This document shows positions 27,073 through 36,921 of a DNA stretch of 64,000 nt, in pieces. The notes beneath the pieces are model-generated. The model had not been told where the DNA came from and did no database searches. It was given only the letters and a program-made list of their open reading frames with translations. The DNA is taken from assembly GCA_028683655.1 (NCBI GenBank), contig JAQUHK010000001.1, forward strand, positions 11,526 through 75,525, given 5' to 3'. How positions within the stretch are numbered: position 1 is the first letter of the stretch; the number at the start of each line of letters is the position of its first letter. The position numbers and the translations under genes were made by a program. Source of the stretch: Alphaproteobacteria bacterium. Its GTDB lineage: Bacteria; Pseudomonadota; Alphaproteobacteria; UBA9219.

Positions 27073-29049
27073 TTACTCCACAATAAAGCCGCCCGGCCCG
27101 GCTAAAGCCGGTTGGAACGAATCCGAGGCAGGGGCTTGGGTTTGAACGGATTTGGATTGGGCAGGGGCTTCCTTGGCCTTGGGGGGCGCGGGGAGAGACT
27201 GGGCTGTAGGCTCTTGCGCCTTCGGCTCTTGCTTTGGAGCCACTTCTTCTTTTTGAGCCTCAGGCTTTGCCTCTATGGGCTTTTCCACCGTGGCCGGCAG
27301 GGCTTCTTCCTTTGGTGTTTCCGCTTTGGGGGATTCAGCGGCTTTTTGTGGGGCCGCTGTGTTGATCACAGACTTGGCCACAGGAGCCGCATGCTTCTTG
27401 GCCGGTTTCTCTTGAGCCACAGTTTCAGGATCGGGGCGCGCAGCGATTTCTTCGGGCGTCTGGAAACGATGGACAGCCTTCGGTTCGGCAAGAGCCGACG
27501 GTTTTACGTTGACAGGAGCCGGAAGTGCCGGAGGCGGCGCCATATTGTTGCCGTTCGTGACAACGGGAACAGGTGCTTTCGCCGGGGCTGGAGCCATGTC
27601 ATAGATGGGGGCATCGACCTTTGCCGCCACAGGTTCGCCAGTGATGGGCTTGGCGTTCGGGTCGCTGCTTGTCTCGCGCATCTTAAAGAACAAATCGGTG
27701 TCTGACGGTGTTGTCCGACCATCTGTTGGAAGGGCCAGCTTGTTAGCCGTAGATGGCTTGACGACATAGGGGGTGATAATGATGACCAGCTCAGTTTCGC
27801 TGTTCTGAAAGCGTGTTGAGCGGAAGAGAGGCCCAAGGATGGGGACATCGCCAAGGAAGGGGAATTTGCTGACCGACTGGGTTTGTTGGTTGTTGAGCAA
27901 GCCTGCAATCGCAAAGCTCTGACCGCTCGCCAGCTCAAGTGTTGTTTCAGCGCGACGGGTGGTCAGGGCGGGGATGGCTACATTGTCTAAGGTAATCGAA
28001 CCGGCATCGGACAATTGGCTGACTTCGGGCCGGACGTGCAGGTTAATGCGGTCGCCGCTCAGGATTGTCGGTGTAAAGGCCAAGGAAACACCGTATTGTT
28101 TCCATTCGATCGTGATTGAACCGCCATCTTGGGGGACAGGGATTGGAAACTCGCCGCCCGCCAGAAAGCTTGCCGTCTGGCCCGACATGGCTGTCAGGGA
28201 CGGTTCGGCCAGAATGGTGACAAGGCCATTCTTGGCCAGCGCGTCAATCATGCCGTTGACGCTGAAATGGCCGTTGTTGAAGCTTCCGGCAAAAACGTCT
28301 TGTGTTTCACCATCAAGATTTGTGCGGGTCCAAAGTTCTGTTGTTTCAGAGTCAAGAAAATCAGGGCCATGCGCAACACCAAGCATAAAACTACCGATTG
28401 AAGCACTGTTTTCCCAGTTGATGCCAAAGCGCTTGTCAACTTCGCGCGCGACTTCAGCAAAGCGGACGCGAATTTCAACCTGATTGTTCGCTTTGACGTG
28501 AAGATGGTTGATAATATCGCCTTCTGCCGTGATATAGCGGCGGGCCAAGCGACGAGCATCTTCGACGGCCGTTGGGTCTTTGACGGTACCTGATAAAACC
28601 AAGCCATCGGGAATTGACTCGACTTGAATATCACTGTCGGGAATAGCCATCCGAAGGGTGGTGCGCAAATCGTCAAGGTTTTGCTTGACGTGAATGGTCC
28701 GGCTTAAAATAACGCGGCCATTCTCATCCGAAATTTGCAATGACGTATCGCCGACTTTCTTGCCGTAAACAGTGACGGAGAGCGGCGAATTGACCTGAAT
28801 ATCCGCGATAAGGGGGTTGGCGATAAAAACGGAAGAGGCGGGTTTCTTGAACTGGAGCGGGACACTCTTGTCGACCATCACATCCAAAGAAGCGGTGCCG
28901 CTCTGTTGATGAGAAGACGGCCCACCTTGAGCTGCCAGAACGTCAGGCGTGAGAAAGGTAGTCCCGACAATCAGGCCTGCGAGCAATGCTATCGCAGGCA
29001 GCGAAGCAAAAGATAAAGAACGCGGAGATTTCATGACCGGCTTCCTCAT
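27073..29049 (-). CDS. cpaC: Flp pilus secretin CpaC/RcpA with ~190-aa Pro/Ala/Lys-rich C-terminal extension
   Basis: Signal peptide, pilus N-domain and secretin domain (..ELVIIITPYVV..). Then a low-complexity PAPAKAPVP...KPEAQKEEVAPKQEPKAQEP tail. Confidence 0.85.
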   Translation of the reverse strand: MRKPVMKSPRSLSFASLPAIALLAGLIVGTTFLTPDVLAAQGGPSSHQQSGTASLDVMVDKSVPLQFKKPASSVFIANPLIADIQVNSPLSVTVYGKKVGDTSLQISDENGRVILSRTIHVKQNLDDLRTTLRMAIPDSDIQVESIPDGLVLSGTVKDPTAVEDARRLARRYITAEGDIINHLHVKANNQVEIRVRFAEVAREVDKRFGINWENSASIGSFMLGVAHGPDFLDSETTELWTRTNLDGETQDVFAGSFNNGHFSVNGMIDALAKNGLVTILAEPSLTAMSGQTASFLAGGEFPIPVPQDGGSITIEWKQYGVSLAFTPTILSGDRINLHVRPEVSQLSDAGSITLDNVAIPALTTRRAETTLELASGQSFAIAGLLNNQQTQSVSKFPFLGDVPILGPLFRSTRFQNSETELVIIITPYVVKPSTANKLALPTDGRTTPSDTDLFFKMRETSSDPNAKPITGEPVAAKVDAPIYDMAPAPAKAPVPVVTNGNNMAPPPALPAPVNVKPSALAEPKAVHRFQTPEEIAARPDPETVAQEKPAKKHAAPVAKSVINTAAPQKAAESPKAETPKEEALPATVEKPIEAKPEAQKEEVAPKQEPKAQEPTAQSLPAPPKAKEAPAQSKSVQTQAPASDSFQPALAGPGGFIVE

Positions 29050-30002
29050 GGTTGATAAAGGTCAAAGACGGTATCTGTCGCCATCTGACCCCTGATAACT
29101 GTCACTTTTTGGGTTGTGCCGGCAGACCGCTGGGCGGGGCTAGGCATAACCTTGCTCACATCGCTGTCCCATGTATAGGCACCGAGAGCAGGTGGATTTT
29201 TGGCATCTTGAGTCGCCAGCGCAGCAGCGTCAAGGATAACATCGGGGACTTTCCCCCCCTCGACGGTCTGTGTGGTTTCACCTTCGGCGGTCGCTTCGGT
29301 TGTGACGCTGCAAAGTGAAAGCGAAATGGTTCCCATCTGGGCCATCAGCGCGACGGTTTCTGCCTGCTTGGGAGAAACCTCAAGTGTGGCAACCTGAGCC
29401 AGTTTCGGTTCCGTAATTTGATCGCCCATCTTCTGGTCGAGGGCTAGAACGCGAATATTTTTCAGCATTGTTTCGCTAACGTGCCGCTCAACCTGGCTGC
29501 GTTCCGTACCGGACGGCAGGACGCTGTGTGTAACGATGACATCGACACGGTCGCCAGGGAAAACGAATCCGGCAACGCCGGCAACAGGCGTAACAGCAAT
29601 AGAAACAGCGCGTTTGCCAGCCTCCAAAGCGGCGGCCATAAAGCCCTGCTCTCCCGGTTTGACGGTGCGGCCTTGGGTAAGGGGTTCACCCGTTCTCATA
29701 CCGTAACGAACGACGTTGCCGACATAGTTCTGGATATCCTGTTGTCCCTTGACGGCATAACTGGCGGCATTCTCATCCTTCGGCCAAACTTGCCATTTCA
29801 GATCATTAGCCTTGATCAACGAACCGGAAGGTAAATCCTGAGCGGCGACAAGGACTTCCTGAGTCTCTTGCTGGGCCTGTGCCTGAATCATGGGGGTGGA
29901 TTCTGGCTGGGACATCATGCCGCGTGAAAGAAAGATCGTGGCGACGCCGACGAGGAGGGCGACCACAAGAAGCATGATTTTCTGAGACGTTTGCATAGGC
30001 AT
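29046..30002 (-). CDS. cpaB: Flp pilus assembly protein CpaB (SAF-domain)
   Basis: N-terminal TM anchor and CpaB-like sequence. Confidence 0.8.
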   Translation of the reverse strand: MPMQTSQKIMLLVVALLVGVATIFLSRGMMSQPESTPMIQAQAQQETQEVLVAAQDLPSGSLIKANDLKWQVWPKDENAASYAVKGQQDIQNYVGNVVRYGMRTGEPLTQGRTVKPGEQGFMAAALEAGKRAVSIAVTPVAGVAGFVFPGDRVDVIVTHSVLPSGTERSQVERHVSETMLKNIRVLALDQKMGDQITEPKLAQVATLEVSPKQAETVALMAQMGTISLSLCSVTTEATAEGETTQTVEGGKVPDVILDAAALATQDAKNPPALGAYTWDSDVSKVMPSPAQRSAGTTQKVTVIRGQMATDTVFDLYQP

Positions 30003-30014
30003 GACAAAACCTCC

Positions 30015-30521
30015 TTAGACCTTCCCGGACGAAAGGCCCGCGTGTGACAACAGAAACAGAACCCCAAGACCGCCTAAAGCAATAGCTATGCCATAGGGAA
30101 TGGGGGTCGAAAGAATAGACACTTTCTTTTCTTCTTTGGACAAACGCTGTTTGACGGCAGCCAAAGCCAAAAGACCAGCTGAAAGAATACCGCCAGCAAA
30201 AGCGGTAATAACGATAAACTCGGCAATATGAGCCAGACCTGCCCACAAAGAGACGACGGCAAGCAGTTTGATATCCCCGGCTCCCGCTAGATTCTTGAGA
30301 TAAATGAGGTAGCCGATAAGCAGAACGCCGCCAAATATGAAAACATCGGCCTGCCAGCGCACAGGGGTGGGTGACAAAGCGGCATAGGGAACGTAGAGAA
30401 CGAACAGAGCCAAACAGGCAGCGTTGGGTATCCGGAAAGTACGCGCATCACTGTACGCTGCCCACAAAAGAGCGGCAACGGCAAGAGAAAGAGACGCGTT
30501 ATAGGCCAGAACGGATAGCAT
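30015..30521 (-). CDS. cpaA: prepilin peptidase CpaA/TadV (A24 family)
   Basis: Polytopic membrane protein with conserved Asp residues. First gene of the operon. Confidence 0.75.
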   Translation of the reverse strand: MLSVLAYNASLSLAVAALLWAAYSDARTFRIPNAACLALFVLYVPYAALSPTPVRWQADVFIFGGVLLIGYLIYLKNLAGAGDIKLLAVVSLWAGLAHIAEFIVITAFAGGILSAGLLALAAVKQRLSKEEKKVSILSTPIPYGIAIALGGLGVLFLLSHAGLSSGKV

Positions 30522-30820
30522 TTTACAAATGAGGTTGGTTCAAGGACGCACAGGAAAAGCCCATGCTTGCGGCTAACTATGCGATAGATATGATTAATAG
30601 GTTGTGAATGGGACGCAAAAACTTTTGGAGTTGTTTCAAAAGGGCACCTTGTTCTCGCAACTGGCATGGACCCCGACTACATACTTGAGTACCAATGCTA
30701 TTTTTCCGGGTTTTGTCGGGTAGCGAGAAGATCATTAAAGTGATTTTAACGAAAAGAGTGCTTAGTTTGCCAAGCCGGAAGAGGGTGTCTCTCCGGTTTG
30801 TTTTCTTTGGGTGCTAAGCA

Positions 30821-31696
30821 ATGCAGTTGAACTTTGTGATAGGCGTTGTAACAGCCGTCGCGTGTACGCTGGGTGGCTATGTCGGTGCGGGTGGTCACTT
30901 GTCCGTTCTGGCTGATGCGGCACCTCTGGAAATCGTCATCATGGGCGGCACGGCAGCAGGCGGCTTTATTATCGCCAACACCAAGACGATCAAGAAGCGG
31001 ACGGCGAAAGCCATGAAGCTTTTGTTTCAGAAGCCCAAATACACAAAAGAATCCTACATCGAACTTTTGTCAATGATGTACCAGATGTTCAAACTGGCCA
31101 AAACAAAAGGCATGCTGGCCCTTGAGGCCCATGTTGAAAAGCCGGAGGAAAGCTCTATTTTCCAGGCTTTTCCAGGCTTTCTGAACAATCATCATGCGGT
31201 CGAGTTTTTCTGCGATTATCTTCGCCTGTTCACGCTTGGGGCGGACAAGCCTTTCGAAATTGAAGCACTGATGGATGAGGAGCTGGAAGTTCATCACGCC
31301 GAAAACGAAGCCATTCCGACGGCGATCACCAATGTCGCTGACGCGATGCCTGCCATCGGTATCGTGGCCGCCGTGCTGGGTGTTATTCATACCATGGGTG
31401 CCATTTCCGAGCCGCCGGAAGTTCTGGGTAAACTGATCGGTGGCGCACTTGTCGGAACTTTTATGGGCGTTTGGACATCCTATGGGTTCATTGCTCCGAT
31501 GGGGCAGTTTGTCAAAGCGACACTGGACGCTGAATCGCGCTATTTACAATGCCTGAAAGTCGGCATGCTTGCGCATTTGCAAGGTTTCGCGCCATCCATT
31601 TCCATTGAGTACGCACGTAAGGCCTTGATGACCGATGTGCGGCCCAGCTTCATGGAAGTTGAAGAGGCGACGCAAGCCCTCTCCGCTCCCTCGTAA
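30821..31696 (+). CDS. motA: flagellar motor stator protein MotA
   Basis: Four-TM MotA/TolQ/ExbB family with long cytoplasmic loop. Confidence 0.9.
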   Translation: MQLNFVIGVVTAVACTLGGYVGAGGHLSVLADAAPLEIVIMGGTAAGGFIIANTKTIKKRTAKAMKLLFQKPKYTKESYIELLSMMYQMFKLAKTKGMLALEAHVEKPEESSIFQAFPGFLNNHHAVEFFCDYLRLFTLGADKPFEIEALMDEELEVHHAENEAIPTAITNVADAMPAIGIVAAVLGVIHTMGAISEPPEVLGKLIGGALVGTFMGVWTSYGFIAPMGQFVKATLDAESRYLQCLKVGMLAHLQGFAPSISIEYARKALMTDVRPSFMEVEEATQALSAPS

Positions 31697-31707
31697 AGGA
31701 AGGCAGA

Positions 31708-32706
31708 ATGGCCGATCACAATCAGCCCGTCATTATCATAAGAAAAAAGAAAAGGGGCGGACATGCTGGCCATCATGGCGGCGCGTGGAAGGTTGCCTAT
31801 GCCGACTTCGTGACAGCGATGATGGCCTTTTTCCTTTTGATGTGGCTGTTGAATGTCACCACATCGGATCAGCGTAAGGGCATTGCCGATTACTTCTCGC
31901 CGATGGCTATTTCCAAGTCGGAAGGTGGCTCTGGTGGTGTGATGGGGGGGATGAGCATAACGTCGCCAACGGGTGCCGAGATTTCTGATTCCTCGCCTCC
32001 CGGCATGGAAGATCGTTCCACGGCCACGGCAGGCAAGGGAGATCAGGGTGAAGAGGACGTTACCGGCAAATCGGATACGCCTCCGACGAATGAAGAACTG
32101 AATGCGGCTTTGCAGGATAAGGCAACCAAAGACGCCGTCGCACTAGCCAAGGCGATGAAGAAAGAAGAAGAGAAATTCAAAGAAGCGGAAAGCTCTTTGA
32201 TGCGCGCCATTCTTGAAACGCCGGGGATGCAAGACCTTGCCCAGCATCTGATCATTGATCGCACGCCTGAAGGTCTGCGCATCCAGATTATTGATCGTGA
32301 CAAATTTTCGCTTTTCCCGTCAGGCTCTTCCAGTCCTTATGAGCGCGGGCGTGATTTGCTTCGGCTTGTTGGCAAGGTCATCTCGTTTTTGCCCAACAGA
32401 ATATCGGTGACGGGCCATACGGACAGCAGTCCTTTCGCGGCTGGATCACGTCGTGACAATTGGGATTTGTCAACAGATCGCGCCAATGTCAGCCGTACAG
32501 AGCTTGAGGTTAGCGGTGTGCCAGATCATCGCGTCGCCCGTGTCGTCGGGCTTGCTGATCGCGATCCCTTTGTACCCGAAGACCCCAAAGATTCCCGTAA
32601 TCGCCGCATCAGTATTGTGCTTTTACGTCAAATACCACGCGCTGAAGAAGCTCTGGCAGCGCCTCCGGTTCCTGTTTCAGAGCCTGTTAAAGAAAAGTCC
32701 CCGTAG
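31708..32706 (+). CDS. motB: flagellar motor protein MotB (OmpA-like C-terminal domain)
   Basis: Single TM with conserved Asp (YADFVTAMMAFFLLMWLL). OmpA-like peptidoglycan-binding domain. Confidence 0.85.
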   Translation: MADHNQPVIIIRKKKRGGHAGHHGGAWKVAYADFVTAMMAFFLLMWLLNVTTSDQRKGIADYFSPMAISKSEGGSGGVMGGMSITSPTGAEISDSSPPGMEDRSTATAGKGDQGEEDVTGKSDTPPTNEELNAALQDKATKDAVALAKAMKKEEEKFKEAESSLMRAILETPGMQDLAQHLIIDRTPEGLRIQIIDRDKFSLFPSGSSSPYERGRDLLRLVGKVISFLPNRISVTGHTDSSPFAAGSRRDNWDLSTDRANVSRTELEVSGVPDHRVARVVGLADRDPFVPEDPKDSRNRRISIVLLRQIPRAEEALAAPPVPVSEPVKEKSP

Positions 32707-32726
32707 CAAAAAGAAAGGATCAGTTA

Positions 32727-33515
32727 ATGACTAAAATTACACCAGGAATGATGACGCCACTCGCCTTCAAAAAAGGGCTTATCATGGGCATTGCCAATGA
32801 TAGCTCGATTGCGTGGGGCTGCGCTTGTGCCTTCCGTCGCTTTGGCGCCGAACTCGCTGTGACGTACCTGAATGAAAAGAGCAAGAACTATGTCGAGCCT
32901 TTGGCCGAACGTTTGGGCTCGGAATTGTTGCTCCCTTGCGATGTGCGGGAAGAGGGACAGCTGGAGGCCGTCTTTGATGCGATCAAGAATCGGTGGGGCG
33001 AACTCGATTTCGTGCTTCATTCCATCGCTTTTGCGCCGCGCGAAGATTTGCACGGGCGTTTGACGGATTCCTCGCGCGCAGGCTTTATGGAGGCGATGGA
33101 CATTTCGTGCCATTCGCTGATCCGCACGGCACGTATGGCCGAGCCGTTGATGAAGAATGGCGGCAGCATTTTCGCCATGAGCTATTACGGCGCAGAGAAG
33201 GTTGTTGAGCATTACAACCTGATGGGGCCTGTAAAGGCTGCTCTTGAGGCTAGCGTGCGTTATATGGCGTATGAGCTGGGTGGCAAGGGCATTCGTGTCC
33301 ATGCGATTTCGCCGGGTCCGATCCGCACACGTGCGGCCAGCGGCATCGACCGCTTCGACGAACTGATGGAAAACGCGGCCTCGCGTGCGCCAATCCAGCG
33401 TCAGGTTTCGATCGAAGATGTTGGTCAAGCCACCGCTCTTCTGGCAACAGACGCAGCGAAATTGATGACGGGCGATACGCTGTATATCGATGGCGGTTTG
33501 CACGTCGTCGGCTAA
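32727..33515 (+). CDS. fabI: enoyl-[acyl-carrier-protein] reductase (NADH) FabI
   Basis: SDR-type FabI motifs (GIANDSSIAWG..., YxxxK region). Confidence 0.9.
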   Translation: MTKITPGMMTPLAFKKGLIMGIANDSSIAWGCACAFRRFGAELAVTYLNEKSKNYVEPLAERLGSELLLPCDVREEGQLEAVFDAIKNRWGELDFVLHSIAFAPREDLHGRLTDSSRAGFMEAMDISCHSLIRTARMAEPLMKNGGSIFAMSYYGAEKVVEHYNLMGPVKAALEASVRYMAYELGGKGIRVHAISPGPIRTRAASGIDRFDELMENAASRAPIQRQVSIEDVGQATALLATDAAKLMTGDTLYIDGGLHVVG

Positions 33516-33537
33516 GCAAGCCAGGACAAAGAAAAAG

Positions 33538-33568
33538 GGAGCGACAATCCGTCGCTCCCTTTTTTGTT
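33538..33568 (+). terminator. rho-independent terminator after fabI (GGGAGCGAC-AATCC-GTCGCTCCC + T6)
   Basis: Perfect 9-bp stem followed by a T-run. Confidence 0.65.
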
Positions 33569-33584
33569 GGTTGAAGCCCTGTGA

Positions 33585-34025
33585 TCAGGCCGAGGTGACA
33601 AGGGGGCGACCCTGCATCGTATCGGGCTGGCTTGTCATCATCGCCGAAGAGGCGGTTTCTTCTGTTTTCTTGCGCAACCCGTTGGCGATATTGCGGTTGA
33701 TGCTGACAAGGCCGCCCAGAAGGGCTTTGTCGCGTGTTCCAAGGGCCCGGAAGGTCGTCTTGTCGACATAGGCACTGATGTTCAGCAATAAAACCTTCAA
33801 ATCGCGCGGCAACTGGTTGTCGGGATCGCAAAGGCAAGCCTGAAAAAGGGTCCAAAGCTGTTGGTTGTGGTGCAAAGCATCGGCAAAGAATTCCTTTGAG
33901 CAGTCCTGCTGCCGTGCGGCTTCAAGACGATTGGCGCAGCTTAAAAGCGCACGTGCTTCTGTCTCGCGCACATCCTCGTCGCCGCGTTGGTGTGTGTTGT
34001 AGGCAGAGAAGGCTTCTTTATTCAT
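33585..34025 (-). CDS. flaF: flagellar biosynthesis regulator FlaF
   Basis: Alphaproteobacterial FlaF pattern (..AYN....VRETEARALL..A.RLE...D......AL..NQQLW...). Confidence 0.7.
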   Translation of the reverse strand: MNKEAFSAYNTHQRGDEDVRETEARALLSCANRLEAARQQDCSKEFFADALHHNQQLWTLFQACLCDPDNQLPRDLKVLLLNISAYVDKTTFRALGTRDKALLGGLVSINRNIANGLRKKTEETASSAMMTSQPDTMQGRPLVTSA

Positions 34026-34035
34026 CGGTTACTCC

Positions 34036-34464
34036 TTAAAGGGCGGCTGTGGAGGGGGTGGTTTCTTGTTCGTCGTTGGAAATAGAAACCTGTTGTTGGG
34101 CTGCCAGAAGCTTGTGGGCCAGCTTCAAGGCTTTAAAAGCTTCGCCGTTGCTCAAATGGTCAACGATTGCATCAACCTCACTGGTCAGCGCAGGATAGAG
34201 CTTGGTAAAACTTTTAAGCGTGTTCACGACAAGATCGTCAAGGGGCTCGCCCTTGCCCTTGAAAAGGTAGACGACTTGTAAAAGAAAATAGACGTTTGAT
34301 ACATCAGACTCGCCGCGTTTTTCGATGTTCATCATGTAATCGTCGCGCAGGACGGGGCTGTCGGAGAGAATAAGAAGTTCCGCAGGTCGTGATCCGACAT
34401 TTTTAAGAACGGCCCCCCCGGCAAAAATTTTGCCTTCGGGTTTAACGCGAATTTTAAGCGGCAT
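34036..34464 (-). CDS. flbT: flagellar biosynthesis repressor FlbT
   Basis: MPLKIRVKPEGKIFAGGAVLKN.. is typical of the FlbT N-terminus. Adjacent to flaF and flagellin. Confidence 0.7.
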   Translation of the reverse strand: MPLKIRVKPEGKIFAGGAVLKNVGSRPAELLILSDSPVLRDDYMMNIEKRGESDVSNVYFLLQVVYLFKGKGEPLDDLVVNTLKSFTKLYPALTSEVDAIVDHLSNGEAFKALKLAHKLLAAQQQVSISNDEQETTPSTAAL

Positions 34465-34598
34465 GTCTCGACTCCTTCGATTGAAAAGAGGGCTCTCTCC
34501 CTCTCCTAAGCAACAAAACAAACATAAAACAGATAAAGCCCGAAAATAAATGGAAAGATCGAGCGTGGGGTTGCCCCCACGCTCTTTCTTTTCGGTTC

Positions 34599-36356
34599 TT
34601 AGAACAACCGCAAGATAGCCTGCGCCTGCTGACCCGAGATGCCGAGGGCAATAATACCCAAGGAGCTCGAAGCCTGCAGAGATTGCAGGTTTGCGCCTTC
34701 TTCGTTGGTATCAGCCAGAACCAGGTTATCAGACGCTGTTTGCAGCGTTGTAATCAGGTTCGAGGTGAAGTCCTGACGAGTCGACACGATCGTGTTGTTG
34801 TTACCCAGTGAAGACGCCGCAGAACGCAGGGTCTTCAACGCATCCGTCAATTGGTTCTTGGCGGATGTGAGGGCATCAGCCGTCACAATCGTACGATCGT
34901 CTGACAGGATCGAGGCACCGGTCAACGTCACATGCGCGTCTTTTGCCGCGTATGTTGCCGCTGCCGTACCAACTTGCGTGGCCGTAACGTCAGCAACCGC
35001 AACACCAGTGATCGTGGCTCCAGTTACGTCATACGCCGTGCCGCCCGTTGTTGTACGGGTGCCTGCGGATGTGTAGCTGGAAAGCGCCGAGTCAATGGCC
35101 GTCACGTCTGTGCCAACAGCAGCGTCGGACGAGTCAACAATGGCGTTGCCGCCAAGTGTCGCCGAAGCCGACGTCGGGATCGAGAGACCTGTCGTGGCGA
35201 CTGTACCAGCCGTCAACTTGAAGGTTCTCGTCACGTTCGCCTGAGTGTTGGCCGCCGTCACCGTGTCCGCAGCATCCGACAACGTAAAGGAGATGTCGTT
35301 AGCTGTGGTGTTGGTGATGACGGTTGTTTTGACCGTTGTCGAACCGTCATCATAGATGACGGACATCGATTGACCGGCACCAAGGGTGATCGAGTTCGCT
35401 GTACCAGCCGTCAGAACGCCCGTGGAAGAGGTGTAGGTTGACCCTGCACCGCCTGTGGCTGTGAACTGACCTGTGATGTTCAGGCTGACTGAATTACTTG
35501 TTGCGCCACCGACTGTTGTTGAACGTGTCACGCCTGCGATTGACGTGGTGCTCGTGTTGTCGATAGAACCAAGTTTTGCAACGAGGTTGGTCACTGTGCC
35601 TGACGCTATACTGGCAACGGTTGCACCGTCTGTCGCACCGCCATAGGTTGACGAGCTACTGGCGATTGTCGCACCGACGCCTGAACTCGCGCCGCTGGAA
35701 GCACCACCCGTAACTGACAGACCGCTGAGCGTACCGCTATAGACCTGGCTGGTGAGAGTCTGGTCAACGGCAGAAACGTTCATTGTATGCGTTACCGTAT
35801 CAACAAGCGTTGTGCTTGAGAAGTTGGCAAGCGCATCACCAACGCCGAGACCCGATGATGTCAGGTTTGTACCTTGAATCGTCAGGTTGTCATTGGCATC
35901 TGTTGAGCTGAACGAAACCTTCAGCGAAGAATTGATGCTGTTGACGAGGTTGGTACCGTTGAAAGTACCGTCCGCAACCAACAGATCGAATTGATCGATA
36001 AGGGCGTTGTACTGGGTTGCCAGGTCAGACCGGGTATCAGCATCGGTCGTTTGAAGGGCCGAGTTAACAATACCTTGGAGCTGTTCGACAACGGTTGAGA
36101 GAGCCTCAATCGTGTCGGAAGCGGCCTGGATGGTTTGCAGAGCCGTTGACATGCTGTCCTTCAAGCTGGACAAGTCATTAGCGCTGTTTAAGAAGCCTTG
36201 CGAGGCGAAGTAGGACGAAGCGTTGTCAAGCGCCGAGTTGACCTTCTTGCCAGAAGCAAGACGAGCCTGTGTCTGACCAAGCAACTTTGATGTTGATTGA
36301 AGAGACAGCAGGTTTTGCCGTGCGGATGAACTAAGGGATACGTCACCGATAGACAT
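34599..36356 (-). CDS. flagellin (585 aa) with long Ser/Thr/Gly/Ala-rich central variable region
   Basis: Conserved flagellin N-terminal (..QARLASGKKVNSALDNASSYFASQ..) and C-terminal (..GANLQSLQ...LGIIALGISGQQAQAILRLF) helices. Confidence 0.85.
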   Translation of the reverse strand: MSIGDVSLSSSARQNLLSLQSTSKLLGQTQARLASGKKVNSALDNASSYFASQGFLNSANDLSSLKDSMSTALQTIQAASDTIEALSTVVEQLQGIVNSALQTTDADTRSDLATQYNALIDQFDLLVADGTFNGTNLVNSINSSLKVSFSSTDANDNLTIQGTNLTSSGLGVGDALANFSSTTLVDTVTHTMNVSAVDQTLTSQVYSGTLSGLSVTGGASSGASSGVGATIASSSSTYGGATDGATVASIASGTVTNLVAKLGSIDNTSTTSIAGVTRSTTVGGATSNSVSLNITGQFTATGGAGSTYTSSTGVLTAGTANSITLGAGQSMSVIYDDGSTTVKTTVITNTTANDISFTLSDAADTVTAANTQANVTRTFKLTAGTVATTGLSIPTSASATLGGNAIVDSSDAAVGTDVTAIDSALSSYTSAGTRTTTGGTAYDVTGATITGVAVADVTATQVGTAAATYAAKDAHVTLTGASILSDDRTIVTADALTSAKNQLTDALKTLRSAASSLGNNNTIVSTRQDFTSNLITTLQTASDNLVLADTNEEGANLQSLQASSSLGIIALGISGQQAQAILRLF

Positions 36357-36459
36357 GTTGGAACTCCTTTCAAGAGTAAACGCGGACTCCTTCCGCGAGG
36401 GTTGATGCCGCCATCTTGGCTTTCATGTGTGAAAATCAACTTAACGGCACCCTTAGGGA

Positions 36460-36475
36460 TGCGAAAATCGTGCCA
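36460..36475 (-). promoter_or_regulatory. sigma54-type promoter (-24 TGGCAC / -12 TCGCA) about 100 bp upstream of flagellin
   Basis: The reverse complement reads TGGCACGATTTTCGCA, which is GG-N10-GC spacing. Confidence 0.35.
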
Positions 36476-36921
36476 GATTAGTGTGTTAATGATGCGTTGT
36501 TGGTTTTGAGCCAATGGCGCGTTTCGTTGTTAAGAGTTCAGATCAGTAGGGCGGCAATTTTTTCCCACTTAAGGCGGTGTGCGGCAAAAAAAACTGGGCA
36601 AGTTTTTCCGTGGGGTGCTCTTTTTTTGCCTTCTGTTTGTTCGAGATGGTCGTGTCTGTCCTCCCTTTAACAGAAAGGACAAGAGACGTGGGCGTGGTGT
36701 TGCGGACAGAAGCGGGCGGTAGTTCTTTTTTAAGCGTACCGGCGCAAGGGGCTTGAATAAAAGGATAAATAATACAGGCAGCTTCACAAGATGATAAGCT
36801 TGTCAAGAGAAAAAAAATATGCTACAATGAAACATAATGGTTTTGCAATTTCCATTTCTCTGCAAGTCTTTTTTCGGTCATGTATTGATCTGGTTGTGAT
36901 ACTATTCTGGGGTCGATTCAC

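Noticed and set aside
30287-30667. 126-aa minus-strand ORF upstream of cpaA as a candidate pilin
   Set aside because: No Flp prepilin motif. Cys/Pro/Leu-rich and not protein-like. It lies in the divergent promoter region.
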